A DNA stretch of 62,865 nucleotides, counting the filler, from Rhabdomonas costata (lineage: Eukaryota): assembly GCA_019059605.1 (NCBI GenBank). It is 41 parts of 41 records of this genome, joined end to end, with 100 filler letters (N's around TTAATTAATTAA, not from the genome) between each part and the next. Parts side by side here need not be neighbours in the genome. Positions count along the whole stretch, not along the records: positions 12,291 to 13,726 come from JAHMHO010015998.1; positions 13,827 to 15,262 come from JAHMHO010015999.1; positions 15,363 to 16,803 come from JAHMHO010016000.1; positions 16,904 to 18,338 come from JAHMHO010016001.1; positions 18,439 to 19,874 come from JAHMHO010016002.1; positions 19,975 to 21,409 come from JAHMHO010016003.1; positions 21,510 to 22,945 come from JAHMHO010016004.1; positions 23,046 to 24,481 come from JAHMHO010016005.1; 33 more parts are not named here. One strand, given 5' to 3'. The first letter of the stretch is position 1. Each line of letters begins with the position of its first letter. The position numbers and the translations under genes are program-made. Shown piece after piece: positions 12,503-26,017 of the stretch. The notes beneath the pieces are model-generated. The model saw only the letters and a program-made list of their open reading frames with translations, had not been told where the DNA came from and did not search any database.

Positions 12503-14249
12503 CGCACGCTGCACACTCAGGTAAAGGTGCTCACCTGCAAGCGCAGCCGGGAGCTCAGATTACTTGGCGAAGCACCTGGTGGCTCATTCCTAGACGAATG
12601 CGCACGCCATGAACCCGCTGTGACGGCCACCTCGAGCAACGCTCAGGGTCGCACGGGGCAACTGCAGCCTGCCCACATCTCCAAACCATGTACCCGTGAC
12701 GCATGACTGAGCTGAGGTGGAATGAAGGCAATCGAGTAATCCCCTGAAGGAAGGGTCTTTTGCACCTTTCCGGAAAATGGAAGTGGGAGGGAGGGAGGGA
12801 GCAACAGTTTCAGAGGAAGACTTCTTCGTCCGGAACGCTTTGTGGTGGAAGAGCTGTTTGTGTGCCCCCTGGGCCCCAGCGCTGAAGTGGCTGTGCTGGG
12901 AGGGCTCGAAAGGGATTCTCCTGGAAAGGGAGTCTGGAAAGGGAGTCTATTGGAATCTCCCGGCAAGGTTATGTCGAAATCGGACAGACAGAAAGGAAGT
13001 GGTTGCAGCTTGGTTAAAGCTGTGGGCAACATGAACGTGGTTTATATCTCCCCGGATCTCTCTTTCTGTTCTGAAAAATATCATTCTTCTTTTGCTTGGT
13101 CATTTGGTCAGCGCCATTTGGCAGAGCGGAATATTTGGGGCCCTCTCAGAAGCTTTTGAAATTTGAGTTCAGTACGCGCAAAAAAAAAAGGATGAAAGAA
13201 GGACGTTTTTCTTACAGAAAACTCCCCCTTTTCCGTTCCACAGGTTGTATTTTTTCATTACTGTTGCCGTGCTGTCTCACGATGACTTGCCTTGAGAAGT
13301 CGTAGCTCAGATCCCGTGCCTGTCTATGGAAAAGGACAAAGCCAGGGAGGAGGAGTGGGAGCTCATCCGTCAGCTAAATCAGGTCTGGCATTGCGAGTGG
13401 CAGTTATTCTTTGAGGCTAATCAGCGCTTCGACTTCGGCCTAGGGCTCCCACCCGCCAGTATTGTTCCATGTTGAGGTTGTGAAGACTAAGGAGCAATGT
13501 CAGCAACAGAAATCGTTGCTAAACAGTCCGCTCTTTCCCGCGCGGTGTGTGGCGGTCCTCCTTGCGTGCCAGTCTCAGCACATAGACCCGGAGGCGGAGG
13601 CCGAGAAGCAGCCAACTAACGCACTGAACACAACAAATACATGTCACAACTACGGTCCTCAAGCCCGAGCTCTGAGATCTGTCTCTGTCATCTGTCATCT
13701 GTCATCTGGTTAATGGGAGGCTGGGANNNNNNNNNNNNNNNNNNNNNNNNNNNNNNNNNNNNNNNNNNNNTTAATTAATTAANNNNNNNNNNNNNNNNNN
13801 NNNNNNNNNNNNNNNNNNNNNNNNNNTAAACAACTCCCCATCCGAAGCACTCTCTGTTGGGGGGCTTCAGTCGACCTGAGGAATCACAGTTGTTCGCCCC
13901 ATTTCCCCACATTCTCTCTCCAGCACACCACCACGCTCTGCAGAATCGAGAGGACAGCAACCGACCGGCTTTGTTGAACAGTTTAACGTTGTTAAACGGT
14001 GTTGCAATACTGGAGTTTTGCACTGGGGCACCTTTCCTGGTTATTCCAGTGCGTCTGGTTAACCTCAGGTAATTTGCAGGGAAGAAATATGATGAACGGT
14101 CCAGGAGATGCCAAACACACACACAAAAGGACACAGTTATTTTAGTGGCGAAGGCCAGCGCCTCGGCCGGCGCGGGCGGCTATGGGAGGTTTCGTTCGTG
14201 GTTATGCGCCATGTGCTAGACGACGTCAAACACCCCCCCCCCGAATGCA

Positions 14250-14470
14250 TAGGACCCCTCTCCCATACATCAAGCCAACTAGAACACGGCACTGCCCAAG
14301 GCAATCACTCTCATCGCCGCAGGCGACACATCTCCTTCCGCGAGGCCCACGGGGGTTCCCCACAAGCCATGGAAAGAGCACTCTGATGCCTTCGGCCTCC
14401 GGCCCTGAAGTCAACCACCTCCACACCAGCAGCCCCTTCTCGCGCAGGCGACACCACGGAGGTTGCTGGT
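14250..14470 (-). mobile_element. Heavily decayed CRE-like non-LTR retrotransposon fragment (pre-endonuclease region and CCHC knuckle)
   Basis: CRLREKGLLVWRWLTSGP...IRVLFPWLVGNP...RCVACGDESDCLG/(frameshift)AVPC parallels in order RL...AGSWLTILP...FQALLLFRCGIP...CGGCSAIMDTFGDHALC of the copy at 56330-56540. Confidence 0.45.
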
Positions 14471-16112
14471 GCAGCGGAGCCCGGAAAGGGGTGGCTCACA
14501 AGATGTCCCATTGGGAACAAGGCTCCAACAAAAGATCACAGAAAAAAGCGAAGCTGTAAAGGCACTTGCAGCATCTCTGTAAGCACAAAAAACGCACACG
14601 ATGAACCCCCCGCACTGAATATTAGAAGGCGCTAGAACGCCGGGTTACCCAGGGAAGGGCCTGTCTGAGCTAAATTGAGAATGGAAAAGTCCACGAAAAT
14701 CTGACCCGGCATCTTCACTGCACATGATCGAAGTCGTTGAGCCAGTTTGCCAGATATCGGAGAACAGCCCATGTGGCTGGGTGGGGGTTACACCGGTGAA
14801 GTACATCACAGACACAGTTTACAAGAAGCGGCATGCTGAAACAACACCTGGGATGAACAAACCACCGCACTGGCTGGATGGTGGTGTTTGTTCAACTGAT
14901 GCCGCTTCTGCAGTGACAACAGTATCACGCACCCGGACGCGACAGTAATTCCGCGCGGCTCAGCAGATGCCGTCACTTTGGGAATGGAAGAGGCAGGCGG
15001 GGGTGGCGGGGGGCTTTCCAAAACAGACCGAGACGCTACCTGGGAGCAGAGGGCTGGGTACCCAATGCCAAGGTAGCGCAATTAACAGCTTGACACACTC
15101 GCATACAGTCCAACGTTAAACAGAAGACGGGGTTCTAACCTAAGGAGAATAATTAACATTGAAGTACACAAAAAAAGTATGAGCTGCCTTTTAGTAAAAC
15201 TGAGAACACACAGGCAGAAAAAACAAGACGCGAGTGTGCTCGAAATTGCCGGAGTACCACCCNNNNNNNNNNNNNNNNNNNNNNNNNNNNNNNNNNNNNN
15301 NNNNNNTTAATTAATTAANNNNNNNNNNNNNNNNNNNNNNNNNNNNNNNNNNNNNNNNNNNNGGTTGTGTGTGCGTGTTGATGCCTTCCTTTGATCCCAG
15401 ACAGTAATGTGTTTGCACATTCTTCGTTGTGTCGCTGTGGGGAGGAGGGGTTCCAGCATCTATCCTCCTTTTGGGTCTCCGAACACCAGTCAAGTCAGGG
15501 GCCACCTCGGAAATAAGGGGTAGGAGGTAGGACCGCTGACGCCAGCGCAAACCTTTGGGTGACTTCCCAGATGGGCCCGGCCTCTGGCTTTATCTCGCCA
15601 CGCCCGTTTAGGCATCTTGCAGGGTCCACTTTGGGCCTCTATAGGGCCTTTTCGATTCGCCGCATTTCCAAGACCTGGTGTGAAAGGGAACTTCTTAAAT
15701 TTTGCAGCCCTGCAACTTTTTGCCGGGCTGCTGTATATCAGACTACAGCCCTGAAGTATTTCATGCTGGTACCACGCAAGTACATCACTTTATAGCTAGC
15801 CTAGCGTTTTTGGTCTTTTTGTGGCCTTTTAGGGTCCTGACATGACTAAGAGGAAATCACTCCAGCTGGCACACCAGCAGCTTTGTGTCCGGTGGAATAG
15901 GGGGAGTGATCAACCTCTTCTGCAGGTCTTCGGGGGCCTACACGATAGTTGGGCATTACTGCGGTCAGAGCCCCTTCGACATAGTGACCTCCCTCCCTCC
16001 CTCCCTTCTTTCCTCCTCCTCTCCCATGATTTGTAACTTCTTGAGCTAACTTGTCGGCGACTTTCGCCTCACCAGTGCAGTACCGAATGGGGTTCCCTAG
16101 TTTGCGTTACAC

Positions 16113-16214
16113 CTGCAGGCCACCCCGCTGAAAAGGAGCCCCCGTTGATGAATGCCACGTCGGCACCCGAGAAGTTCAGCATGATCTGCGTCCACCACGT
16201 CCCAATTGCGCACT

Positions 16215-16215
<1 letters not shown>
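16113..16215 (-). CDS. Exon of a 5'-nucleotidase/apyrase C-terminal domain
   Basis: CAG|ECAIGTWWTQIMLNFSGADVAFINGGSFSAGWPAG|GT matches the ExxxGxxxxDxxxxxxxaDvAxxNgGxxRxxxxxG pattern of 5_nucleotid_C. The conserved Asp and Arg appear substituted. Confidence 0.72.

Positions 16216-16216
<1 letters not shown>

Positions 16217-16246
<30 letters not shown>
16217..16246. repeat. (TG)15 microsatellite
   Basis: Directly visible; abuts the acceptor of the 5'-nucleotidase exon. Confidence 0.95.
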
Positions 16247-16250
<4 letters not shown>

Positions 16251-17495
16251 TAACAGAGAATGAGGGAATATGGGACAGAGAAGGTCAAAAGAAGAAAGGC
16301 AGGTTCGGTGGATGAAAAGCAAAATATATGCTGCCTGGGTGCTCGGCCGCAGGGCTCCGGCTCATCACCCTGCAGTCAGAAATCTTCGCCTGCCCCCGCA
16401 GGTCCCAGGTACATACAACGCACACATGCCAAACAACAAATAAGACACCAACCCGAAAACACACCGGCCACCGGCAAGCGCATCGGCTGCCGAACAGACA
16501 CACCCGCCTTCCACGGGCGGGGCGCCCACTTCCTCACCCCAACTAGAAAGAAGTATCCGCAACGCTACATCATAACTCCCATGATCGATTCCACACCATT
16601 CGATCCGAGCCACCCCAACCAACAGGAATCTCGACGCCGAGTGACTGTGCAGGACTGTGTCCCGCTCCAAAACAATCCTTGGGCCCATTAGCAGGCATAA
16701 AGGTGAGGTGGATGGCGGTGGAGTGGTGGATAGTGAACGCACATTCCCACGGGATGCGTTCTTGCCATTAATCTCCAAAATTTGTGCAACCTTCTTCCAC
16801 AAANNNNNNNNNNNNNNNNNNNNNNNNNNNNNNNNNNNNNNNNNNNNTTAATTAATTAANNNNNNNNNNNNNNNNNNNNNNNNNNNNNNNNNNNNNNNNN
16901 NNNCCCTGCCGCGCTGCTGGATTACACTTCGGGCCTATCCCAGCCATTGGTGAGTTCTTAGCCGAGAGTAGCTTTTCAGTTGCTGAGCGAAGCCAGTCAT
17001 CTAAGGGTGCACTTAAGCTAACCTGACCCCCTTACACAAAAGTAAAGCCATTTCGAGAGTGCTGGCATGTTTTATCTAACCGTTTTCATGTTCACTCCAA
17101 AATGTTACGTTTAAGTTTTTTGTTACCACTGGTAAATGTTACCGCTGGAAAAGCTATCCCCCCAACTTCCACTGGGACAGCGACGTCTTCCCAGGGCTTT
17201 TCAGTGAGCGTACTGGAGCCCTGATGAGTGCTGAGCAGTGCTCCGGTATAGTGAAAGATGACACAGAGTCACTGTTCTCCCACTCCCCACGATGGATATC
17301 CGCCTGCAAACCTTCAAGACTGCTCACGCTGCTCGCGCTCACGCTCCCCTCCAACGCTCTCCATTTGTGATCCCCGGCTCCACTGTATGTCTGTGGGGTC
17401 GACCTCGGGAATATTGGTCTTGCAAAAAAGAGGCCCTTCTTGCATTTAGTTCAGGCAGTCTGTTTGAGTATGTTTGGCTGGGTTCTCTCCTGCAG

Positions 17496-18204
17496 GACTA
17501 CCAAACCGCCCTGGAGGAGACCTTCCTGGCCGTCGACCAGCAGCTTCGGAGAGCCCCCCACGTAGAGTCAGGTCAGCCCCAATTATTTCATTCTTCATGC
17601 TGTTATGGGTTTCACGGTGAAGTCATTTATTGGCCTTTTTTTTTGTAGTTTTTTCGGTGTAAGTGTCAGAGCTCTTTGGGTCATCCAGGTGCCCGCCGAT
17701 GTCAGCTCTGTTCTGTGAGTTTCTCATCGACAGGACTCTAACATGCTACCACATGCCATGATTCGTCCAAAAGGACGGTTTTAACGAATTTTGGTGGCCA
17801 TCTATTCACGCACAACACAGAACACACAGCTTCACGCACTCCTTATGCCCTTCTACAAAACAGGACCTTCACATATGTAGACCCACATCGGACAATTTTC
17901 GAGGAACTGCTCCTGGGGTGCTTGTCGTGGGGTGCTTGTCGTTGTGTTTGTGTTCCTGATCCTCAAGAGGGCAAATTGTGAAAGAGAAGTAACCGAAAGA
18001 AAGGAATGCTCATCTCGGTGCGATGAGTTGATGTCTGTGTGTGGGTGGGGGTGTCCGCCTGCAGGCTCGTGTGGGTGCACGGGGTGTGTCGTGCTACTGA
18101 CGCCTACGGCGCTGCTGTGCGCCAACGCGGGGGACTGCCGCGCGGTGCTGTGCCGCAAGGGGACCGCCGTCGACCTCTCCACGGACCACCGTCCCGACGC
18201 TCCG
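17496..18204 (+). CDS. Protein phosphatase 2C (PPM family), 2 internal exons (17496-17571, 18065-18204)
   Basis: DYQTALEETFLAVDQQLRRAPHVES|GSCGCTGCVVLLTPTALLCANAGDCRAVLCRKGTAVDLSTDHRPDAP. PP2C motifs GCT, ANAGDxRAVL and LSxDHxP; phase-1 GT-AG intron. Confidence 0.95.
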
Positions 18205-18438
18205 GTCACCCGCCCACCCACTCCCACGCGCGCGCACACACACATACACCAGCCATGACTATCAATGATCACACCGGAACAGAACAGCGATTCCTATTTT
18301 TCACTTGTAAGAAAATGAGAACTTCGCAAAAAACAAAANNNNNNNNNNNNNNNNNNNNNNNNNNNNNNNNNNNNNNNNNNNNTTAATTAATTAANNNNNN
18401 NNNNNNNNNNNNNNNNNNNNNNNNNNNNNNNNNNNNNN

Positions 18439-19663
18439 AGCGGACAAGGGTGGAGCCGGAGGTGGGGCGGCACCGGCGGTGAGCGACCCAATGATTGTCT
18501 TTGAGGGTCCGCTGGGCATGGGCAAGTCCACCCTCGCCGTGGACGTGCAGAACCAGTGGCCGCTGCTGCCGATCATCGTGGCCACGGCGAACGAGCACGA
18601 CCGGCGGTCTCTCTCGCTCGCTCTCTGTCTCCTTGTTGGCTTTGTGGGAATAGGCTTCTGCTCCGGGGGTTGGCGTGCTCATTTTTGCGGTGTTGAAAAT
18701 GCCAGATGGGGATTCCGGTTGCTTCTGCCCGTTTTCTGTGAGCTACGATCCTCTCTATTTCGTAGAGTTAATGTCCTTGGGTTGTTTTTGTACCCGCTTC
18801 ATGTTTCCACCGCCAACCTGTGTGGATTGTGATTTGCAGGCCATTAGCGACTTTCCAGAGGGTGTTCTCGTCGCTGTTCGCGTGGATCCGGCTGTACTCT
18901 GAGGCCTGCAACATGCAGAAAGTCACCACGGTTTGTTCGTCATATGCATTTCGATGCAATTATCGCGCATTCTGCGCAACTGTGGTTTTACCTGAGGTCT
19001 GGTATATCGCATCGATTCGGAACCCTATTATGTTACTATTATGTTACCCTATTATGGTAATTTTCCCTCCATCCTCAATCTGTAGTAGTACCCAGTAGCC
19101 AGAATCCGGACGTGAAGTGGACCGAGGACTGGGGTCTCCCTCCCCTGCTTACGCATTGCTGCCGCAGTGCACGTGTCGAGTGAGCGGCCGCGGGCGCCTA
19201 GAGATGAACCTTTCGCTTCGATGCCAGCGCCATCAGGATTCTGGGGATGCAAGGGAGGGCGGCGTTCAAGGGAATAGGGAGAAAGTTAGGAGAGTTGCAT
19301 GGCTGAGGCCGATGCCCTCGCCGGATGATCGTTTTCTTTTGTGTGTGTGCGCCTTTTATCAAGGACGGGTCAGGAGGAAGGTCAAGGACGAACAGAAACA
19401 AACCCTGCCTTGTCTTCACGGAATGGCCCACGGGTCCGTCTTTTGTTGTTCCCCGTTGTTTTGTTCTTGGGAAAAGTAGAGCGTTTGCATTTTGTGGCGG
19501 GATACGGGCGGGGGGCCTGCAGGACGAGGACATTGTGCAGGTGCTGTTGCCCCAGCACGACCGCCGCAAGCTGGAGCTCCTGGACTCCATCCTTTTCACG
19601 CACTTCCGGAGCGTATCTAAGGACCCTGCCGGCCCTGCTCGGGGCGGGGCCCCGGCCGATGGT
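18439..19663 (+). CDS. P-loop NTPase fragment (AAA_16/STAND type, as in soluble adenylyl cyclase-like proteins), 3 exons (..18606, 18840-18903 or 18921, 19523-19663)
   Basis: MIVFEGPLGMGKSTLA (Walker A) ...IIVATANEHDRR|PLATFQRVFSSLF...|DEDIVQVLLPQHDRRKLELLDSIL. Splice phases are consistent. The sAC-like assignment is inference from motif spacing. Confidence 0.7.
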
Positions 19664-20486
19664 GTGAGTTCGCTGATACCTTCGGTGTTCCCCATTTTGT
19701 TGAATACCAATGTAATGCTCGCGCCTTTGTCGTTGGGTCAGAGCTGTTCAGTGAGTACCACCACATTTTTTGTCAAAAAATGCAAATGGGGAGTCGCTCT
19801 TTGTGGTCTGTTTTTTAATTTGCCAAGGCACACTTGTTGCAAATTGCCCCATTCCTCCAGGAGAAAACCAAAACNNNNNNNNNNNNNNNNNNNNNNNNNN
19901 NNNNNNNNNNNNNNNNNNTTAATTAATTAANNNNNNNNNNNNNNNNNNNNNNNNNNNNNNNNNNNNNNNNNNNNGGGTTGTGGGGGCGAAGGAGCCGCGG
20001 AAGGGCTGCCGACGGGAGCCGGCACGGTTGGAGCACCCATCTGCGCAAGCAGGCACTCCCACCGGCAGCACACGATTTGGAAACAGAGAGAAAATAAGAC
20101 CGTGACACCATCCGTTCACCAAACGTGCGCGGAACGTGCAGAAAGGTGCCTCTCCGCTCTCCCCTCTTTACTTTCTCACCTCTCCCCACAGCGGAAGGGG
20201 TCCCGTTGTGAAAGAAAACTCACTCACTCACCCACTCTCATGCGATGCAGAGACCAGCTATTCTGCGGGTGGGGTGGGGAGTAGCGGACAGCAACACACC
20301 ACATCCCCTTCTTACATCTTGCATTCCAGTGGTATCAGCTGGGAAGTGCAGACCTCCTCAAATGCGATACCAGGCTGAAAGCAATGGAGTAGCTAAAAGG
20401 ACAGGTAGCCAAAGACAAGAACCCCAGGGAAACCAACGTATGTATGTAACCTATGTACGAACATATGTCAACGCAGCGTACCACAG

Positions 20487-20581
20487 GAGACGACGGAGCG
20501 GAGGAGCCGCCCAGCCAAGAGAATGGGGCCTTGGCCCATCCCCACAGCCCCATCTTCTGTGTGGGTGGGGTCGAGTGGAAG
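20487..20581 (+). CDS. Possible MATH/TRAF-domain exon
   Basis: CAG|...ALAHPHSPIFCVGGVEWK|GT resembles the SPxFxVGGxxW motif of MATH domains; single short exon only. Confidence 0.4.
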
Positions 20582-23500
20582 GTCCTAGCCCGCAACGCGG
20601 GCGACCGCGAGTCGAAGGGGAAGATGGATGGGGATGCAGGGAGAAGAGTAACTTGGGAAACTGAAACAAAGTCACAAGACTGCCAAAACGGAGCGGAAGG
20701 GAACATTATATAAACGGAGGCCAAATTAATGCCAGAAAGAAAAGATTCGCCTCAAGTCTTCTTGCTCGTAGTCGTTTGGTGCACAGGAAGGCAGGCAAAA
20801 GCTTCCCGAAAACGCCTCTGCTGGGCTGAGAAACCCGCTCCCGCTTGTTCAAGCAAGAAAACACCGGAGGAAATGCATTTCACGAGAGTGAGGGGAAGGC
20901 AAGGTTCAGGAGCCTTTCTGACTTGATTCGGCTTAATGTTGAAACCACAAGCCCTGCCGCGTGTCGGGGTAAAAGCACTTTCCAGGTGAAGGCTCCCTTC
21001 TTTGGACGGGCTCACGGAAGGCTTGACAGCTATTCACGACTTCTTCTTCACGCATTCCCAACTGCTGATCGACCGCGAGGCCGCCACATTCTCGCTGGGG
21101 TGGCGAGAATTAGGGGGTTGGTGGGGCGTCAGTGGTAAGGCCATGACCTTATCAACAACCTAACCTTCGAGTCGCTGATTCTCCAGGACCCAATCCAACC
21201 CTGACTCAGAAAACAGAAGGCAACCCAGACAACACCAATAACGGCGCTGCAAGCCAGAGCGCCACAGCCATGCAGGCAGGCACAGCGGGAGACAACCTCA
21301 TCGCCTCATGGAGGCGGCAGTACACGCACAGGCACAACACACACACACACAGACACCGCGTTCCGCGCACTGCATGTTGGCACAAAAACACCCACCCACA
21401 CCCACCACANNNNNNNNNNNNNNNNNNNNNNNNNNNNNNNNNNNNNNNNNNNNTTAATTAATTAANNNNNNNNNNNNNNNNNNNNNNNNNNNNNNNNNNN
21501 NNNNNNNNNGGTGGGGGTGGCGGAGTGGGGAGTGGGGTCGTGAGATGTCACAGGCCTCAGCGAATGCGAGGAGTCGGGTACGCTCAGCCGTCACCCGCGC
21601 CATCTGTGCCCCAGAGCCCGAGGGGAGAGATCAGAAGGAATGGGTGCAGCCACATCACACACTTCACTTGCGTTCATGGAAGGACCCTGACAGTGAACGG
21701 CTTCAATTTCTTTTCAGAGCCCAACTGCTCTCCCGTCGCCAGCAGGAGAAAACGAAGCACACCTGCCCCTGCAGCTCACACATGTTCCCTTCGGCCTGCC
21801 GAAGCCTTTCCGCACGTTCCGCAGTGGTAAGCTGCAAAGAACCACGCATAAACAAACGCACCACAGAGCTCGCGTGCGAGCAGAAGTCTCGTCTATAGAT
21901 GCGCTCGCACATATGAGAAAACTGTTTTTCAAGGAGCAACCAACAAATGGAAAAGAAAGAAAAGTAATCAATGAAAAGGGCAAAAAAGAAACAAAGTGCA
22001 CAACAATAGTTGGGACAGATCTTGATAAAAGGGAACAAGTTGGATAACGGGGGGAGAGGCACTGGAATTTGAGGCTCTTACCAGTTCGACAACAATGAAA
22101 ATACTCTGTTTGAGGGTAACCATAGAAAACCACTCAACGCCGCCCGCACCTTCAGCACCTGAGAAGGGGCTCTCTCCACAGCGATGGTTGTGGTCATCTC
22201 CTGTGAGCCCGGGTATGTGTCTGAGTCTGGCAAAGACGGTACAAAGAAGATACGCGGCGAGGTGGCATGCGCAGTGTGGTTGAAAAAACACAGTGCGGTT
22301 GTGTGCATTCGGCTGCGTACGGATTTCGCCACACACACTCAGAGAGAAAGGGGTCCTGGTCCCTTTCAAAGGTCAAACGAACCAGGAATCGGGGTGCAAT
22401 TGCACTTCGGGGGGGGGTCCTGTTAAGTTGGCAGGAAAGCGGCAGGGAACCAAGACCAGTTAGGCCAGAAACAGCAAAAAAGGAGAGTTGAATAAAAAAG
22501 TGAGAAGAAAGGGCCTGAATGCACCCACACCCAAGAGAATCGGGTCACCGCCACGGCGTTGGCAATCCTTTCCTGGGACTCCTGGAGCTTTCTTCGCTCT
22601 TCAATCAGAAATCCAAAAACTGCACGACGAAGCGCCTCGTGCTGAGAAAAGGACCCATTATTCACGATATTCTGGGAGCAATCAATCACTTCCTGGTGAA
22701 GCTTAAGAGTCCACATTCGGCAACAATGCCAAGCTAGTGACCCTCTCCGTTCAGTAGCACAACCTGCTCCTGACCAAATATACTGCTGTTGCTTCGCCTG
22801 ATCACCTTGATACCTCTCGCTGATAACCTTATACTTTGGTTGCTTCCAGGGGCAGGCAAAACTAAAACCCAATCTGGTGCAATGAAAGCAAGAGAGATAC
22901 CTACAGATTCAAAATGTGTGTCGAAACATGTGTCACACACAAACCNNNNNNNNNNNNNNNNNNNNNNNNNNNNNNNNNNNNNNNNNNNNTTAATTAATTA
23001 ANNNNNNNNNNNNNNNNNNNNNNNNNNNNNNNNNNNNNNNNNNNNAGAGCAATACACGTCCCCCCCCCCGGTTACCCAGACCCGTGCGTAGCGAACGCAG
23101 CGCATTAAAGCACCTAGGCCGCCCAGCTGCGTGTCTGTGTGTGTGTGTGTGTGTGGCACGCTGACGCCTGTGCCGGATCCTCGGGGGCATAACTTTGGGG
23201 AAGCAAAACCTGCCTCCCCGAGCCCTATCCCTATGAATGGGCGGAGCCTGCCCAAATTCCCGATGACTCTGGGATCGGACAGCGCTGCAGGTGACGTGCT
23301 CAAAACCCCTTGCCGCTTAGCCTGCCGGTGGCCGTCGACAATTTACGGTTAGGTTGACTGCTTTGTCTTTTTTGTATATAGCTCCTTTGCGTGTCGCAAC
23401 CACAACCACTCCCGTATATGCTCTCCTGCGCCCACAAGATACCCACTGCGCTTCTTGTGCCCTCGCCTCACCCATTCCTGCTTGTGACTGTCTTTGCGAG

Positions 23501-25799
23501 TTGGCGAATTCGAAGTTCAGCAATTCATCACGTTTCTTTTCTTTGCTTGTCTATATTCAGGTTCTCCGTTTTACGCGCGAAGAGTGACCATGAAAGAGGT
23601 GTGCGTGTGGACGGGACGACTGTCTCGGAAGGGGAGCGGGTGGATTCCTGTATTGGCTTGTTGGTGCAACGTTTTTTCTTTGCTTTGTCTGCGCAGCTTT
23701 CTCTCCTCTCAAAGCTCCTTCGTTTTGAGCTGTCCCAGAGGGGGAAAAATAGCTGTAAAAAAACGTGAGACGGTGAAAAAGAACCCGCGTTGAGCATAGT
23801 CGGCATCCCGGTAGACTGGGTATTACCCACACAATTAGATTTTACGTTAATACACTCTGGGTGCGGCTTCCGAAAAAATGAGGAAAAGGTGACCGAGAGA
23901 CGCACACCACCACGGAAAACACTGTTATGAACCCTCACCCGCACATTAACCATTGATCCCTAACTGTCTCATCATTTTACTCAGGAGCAAGTTTTGTTGT
24001 CCTCGTAAACCGCGGTTTGTCTGCCCTGCTTACAGGGCTAGCGTACAGCAGTTTCCCGCCAATGCTCCTCGCCGACTGCCATCCTTCCTGTTCTTCCCCC
24101 CTCCGTGTTCGTGAGTAATGTGACATTCCTGGGGGTTTGGGCATTGTTGGTGTGGGCGACCCCTGCTTCATCCCGATTGAGAAGCGGCTTTGCCTCTCCC
24201 GTTCGTTCATTTTTGATTGATTTAAGATTGCAATGGATGTGTTCCGTCCTATAAAAGTCACATTCTGTCTGCACAGGACACGGAGAACAGCGTTGCCGCC
24301 CAACCACCGCAGTCCTCTTCTTCACCTTCGTTCGCGGCAAGGGCACATGACACGGTACGGGAAGAGGGGGGGGAGGCGAGGAGTTTTGATGTGGAGGCCC
24401 TCCTCAGCGACGCCCATGCCAGCAGTAGACGTTTGCCGTTTGCCCCATCTGGTGCCATCCAACACCACACACACCCACCACNNNNNNNNNNNNNNNNNNN
24501 NNNNNNNNNNNNNNNNNNNNNNNNNTTAATTAATTAANNNNNNNNNNNNNNNNNNNNNNNNNNNNNNNNNNNNNNNNNNNNTCGAAGTGTCGTTAAGTCC
24601 CTTAAAAAGCCATAAACGGAGCTTAACCTAATATCTGGGCATGTCTGGGATCATGGTTATCTGGAGAAGGAGTCCAAGGCCTGGGAAGCAGCCAGCCAAC
24701 TCATCTCAGGAGTATAACCATACCAAATATGAACCCAAACCCACCACTTCTGCACGATTTTTGGGGTCACTGTTTCTCTGGCCAACTCCAGTCTGGTTCG
24801 GTCCGGGAGTGACTACGAGATACGTCACCAAGCAAACAGAGTGACGTTTCGGGTCGAAATAGGTGGTGCTATCCCCCTTCCGCGTGTCCCGTGAGATGGC
24901 CGATTAAAAGGCAATAGCAACAAAAGAAACTGACAGCCCCTGTTCCTGTCTGCACAACCAACTGTGGACACGCCCGGAAAAGGCCTCCAGGCAGCCGTAA
25001 ACTGCCCGGTTAATCTGCCAACTCCCATGACCGTACATCTCATCCAAAGATAAGGTATGTTTCTCAAAATTCAGCTAGGGCAGTCCCTGGGCTTCCTGTC
25101 ATTCCACCAAACCCATTTAAGAAACCAAATAATAATCGCATTCACGAAGTAATAATGTTCTCGAGTCTACCGATGTCAAGTTGCTTCGGTACCAATCTTG
25201 CGAGTGCATGGTTCTGTATGGATCTGCTTAAACACTTAACCCAACAGGAAATCCACAAAGCCGCGAAGGAAACAGAACCAATATCGGGACCTATCCGAAG
25301 GGACCTATTTGAAGGGAGGAAGCCATGAATGAGATACGGCGAGTGATCGAATGACGGTGAAAGCGAGCATCCATTTGAGAAAAATCGACATGTCCCCAGA
25401 GGACACTTGCCAACTTCAAGCCAGAAAAGACACATCACGGCAGACAGGAACGCAGTGCTGCACACCAAACCCTGAAGGTGAGTTCTTTTTGAAAGTGAGA
25501 TCATTTCGTTCGTTCCGTTTCAGGTGCAAATGAACATGAAATCAATTTGCCAAAGGAATAAACCTATTATGTGGCACACAGAAAAAACAAAAACAAAGAA
25601 CAAAGAAAAGAGCAGCTAAATGACAGAAAAATAAATCACAGCAGAGTCGAAAAACGCCGCTCCCAAACGAGCCCTATAACGGGGAATATTCCCGACTTCT
25701 TTCTTTTTGGCCCAATGCCGAAAAGCTGACCAAGCAAAATGCCCGGTTACTACCGGGACTCCCCAAAGGGGTCCCAGTGGGTCGGCCCGATGTGCTTTT

Positions 25800-26017
25800 C
25801 AGACTCGTAGCCCAAACGACCGTCAACGGAGCGTCCACGTGAGCCACTGCCCGAGGGTGCGCTGCTATCATCTTTGCTACGCTTACCAGCAGCAGGCCCC
25901 CGCTTCTTCTTCTTGCCAGCCCCTCCAGCCGCGGGGTCTCTGCACTCGGCGCCGTCCTTGTCCCTGCCGCTGCCCCCGGGGGGCTTCGCCCCCGCACCAC
26001 CCGACGCCACACCCCAC
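25800..26017 (-). CDS. Possible low-complexity Gly/Ala/Lys-rich exon
   Basis: GC-rich open frame from the contig end, ASGGAGAKPPGGSGRDKDGAECRDPAAGGAGKKKKRGP (NLS-like). Boundaries uncertain. Confidence 0.35.

Noticed and set aside
21545..22290. Possible retroelement C-terminus (FLFRAQLL...CPC; EPG...EVAC)
   Set aside because: Motifs too eroded and spacing unconvincing to support by eye.
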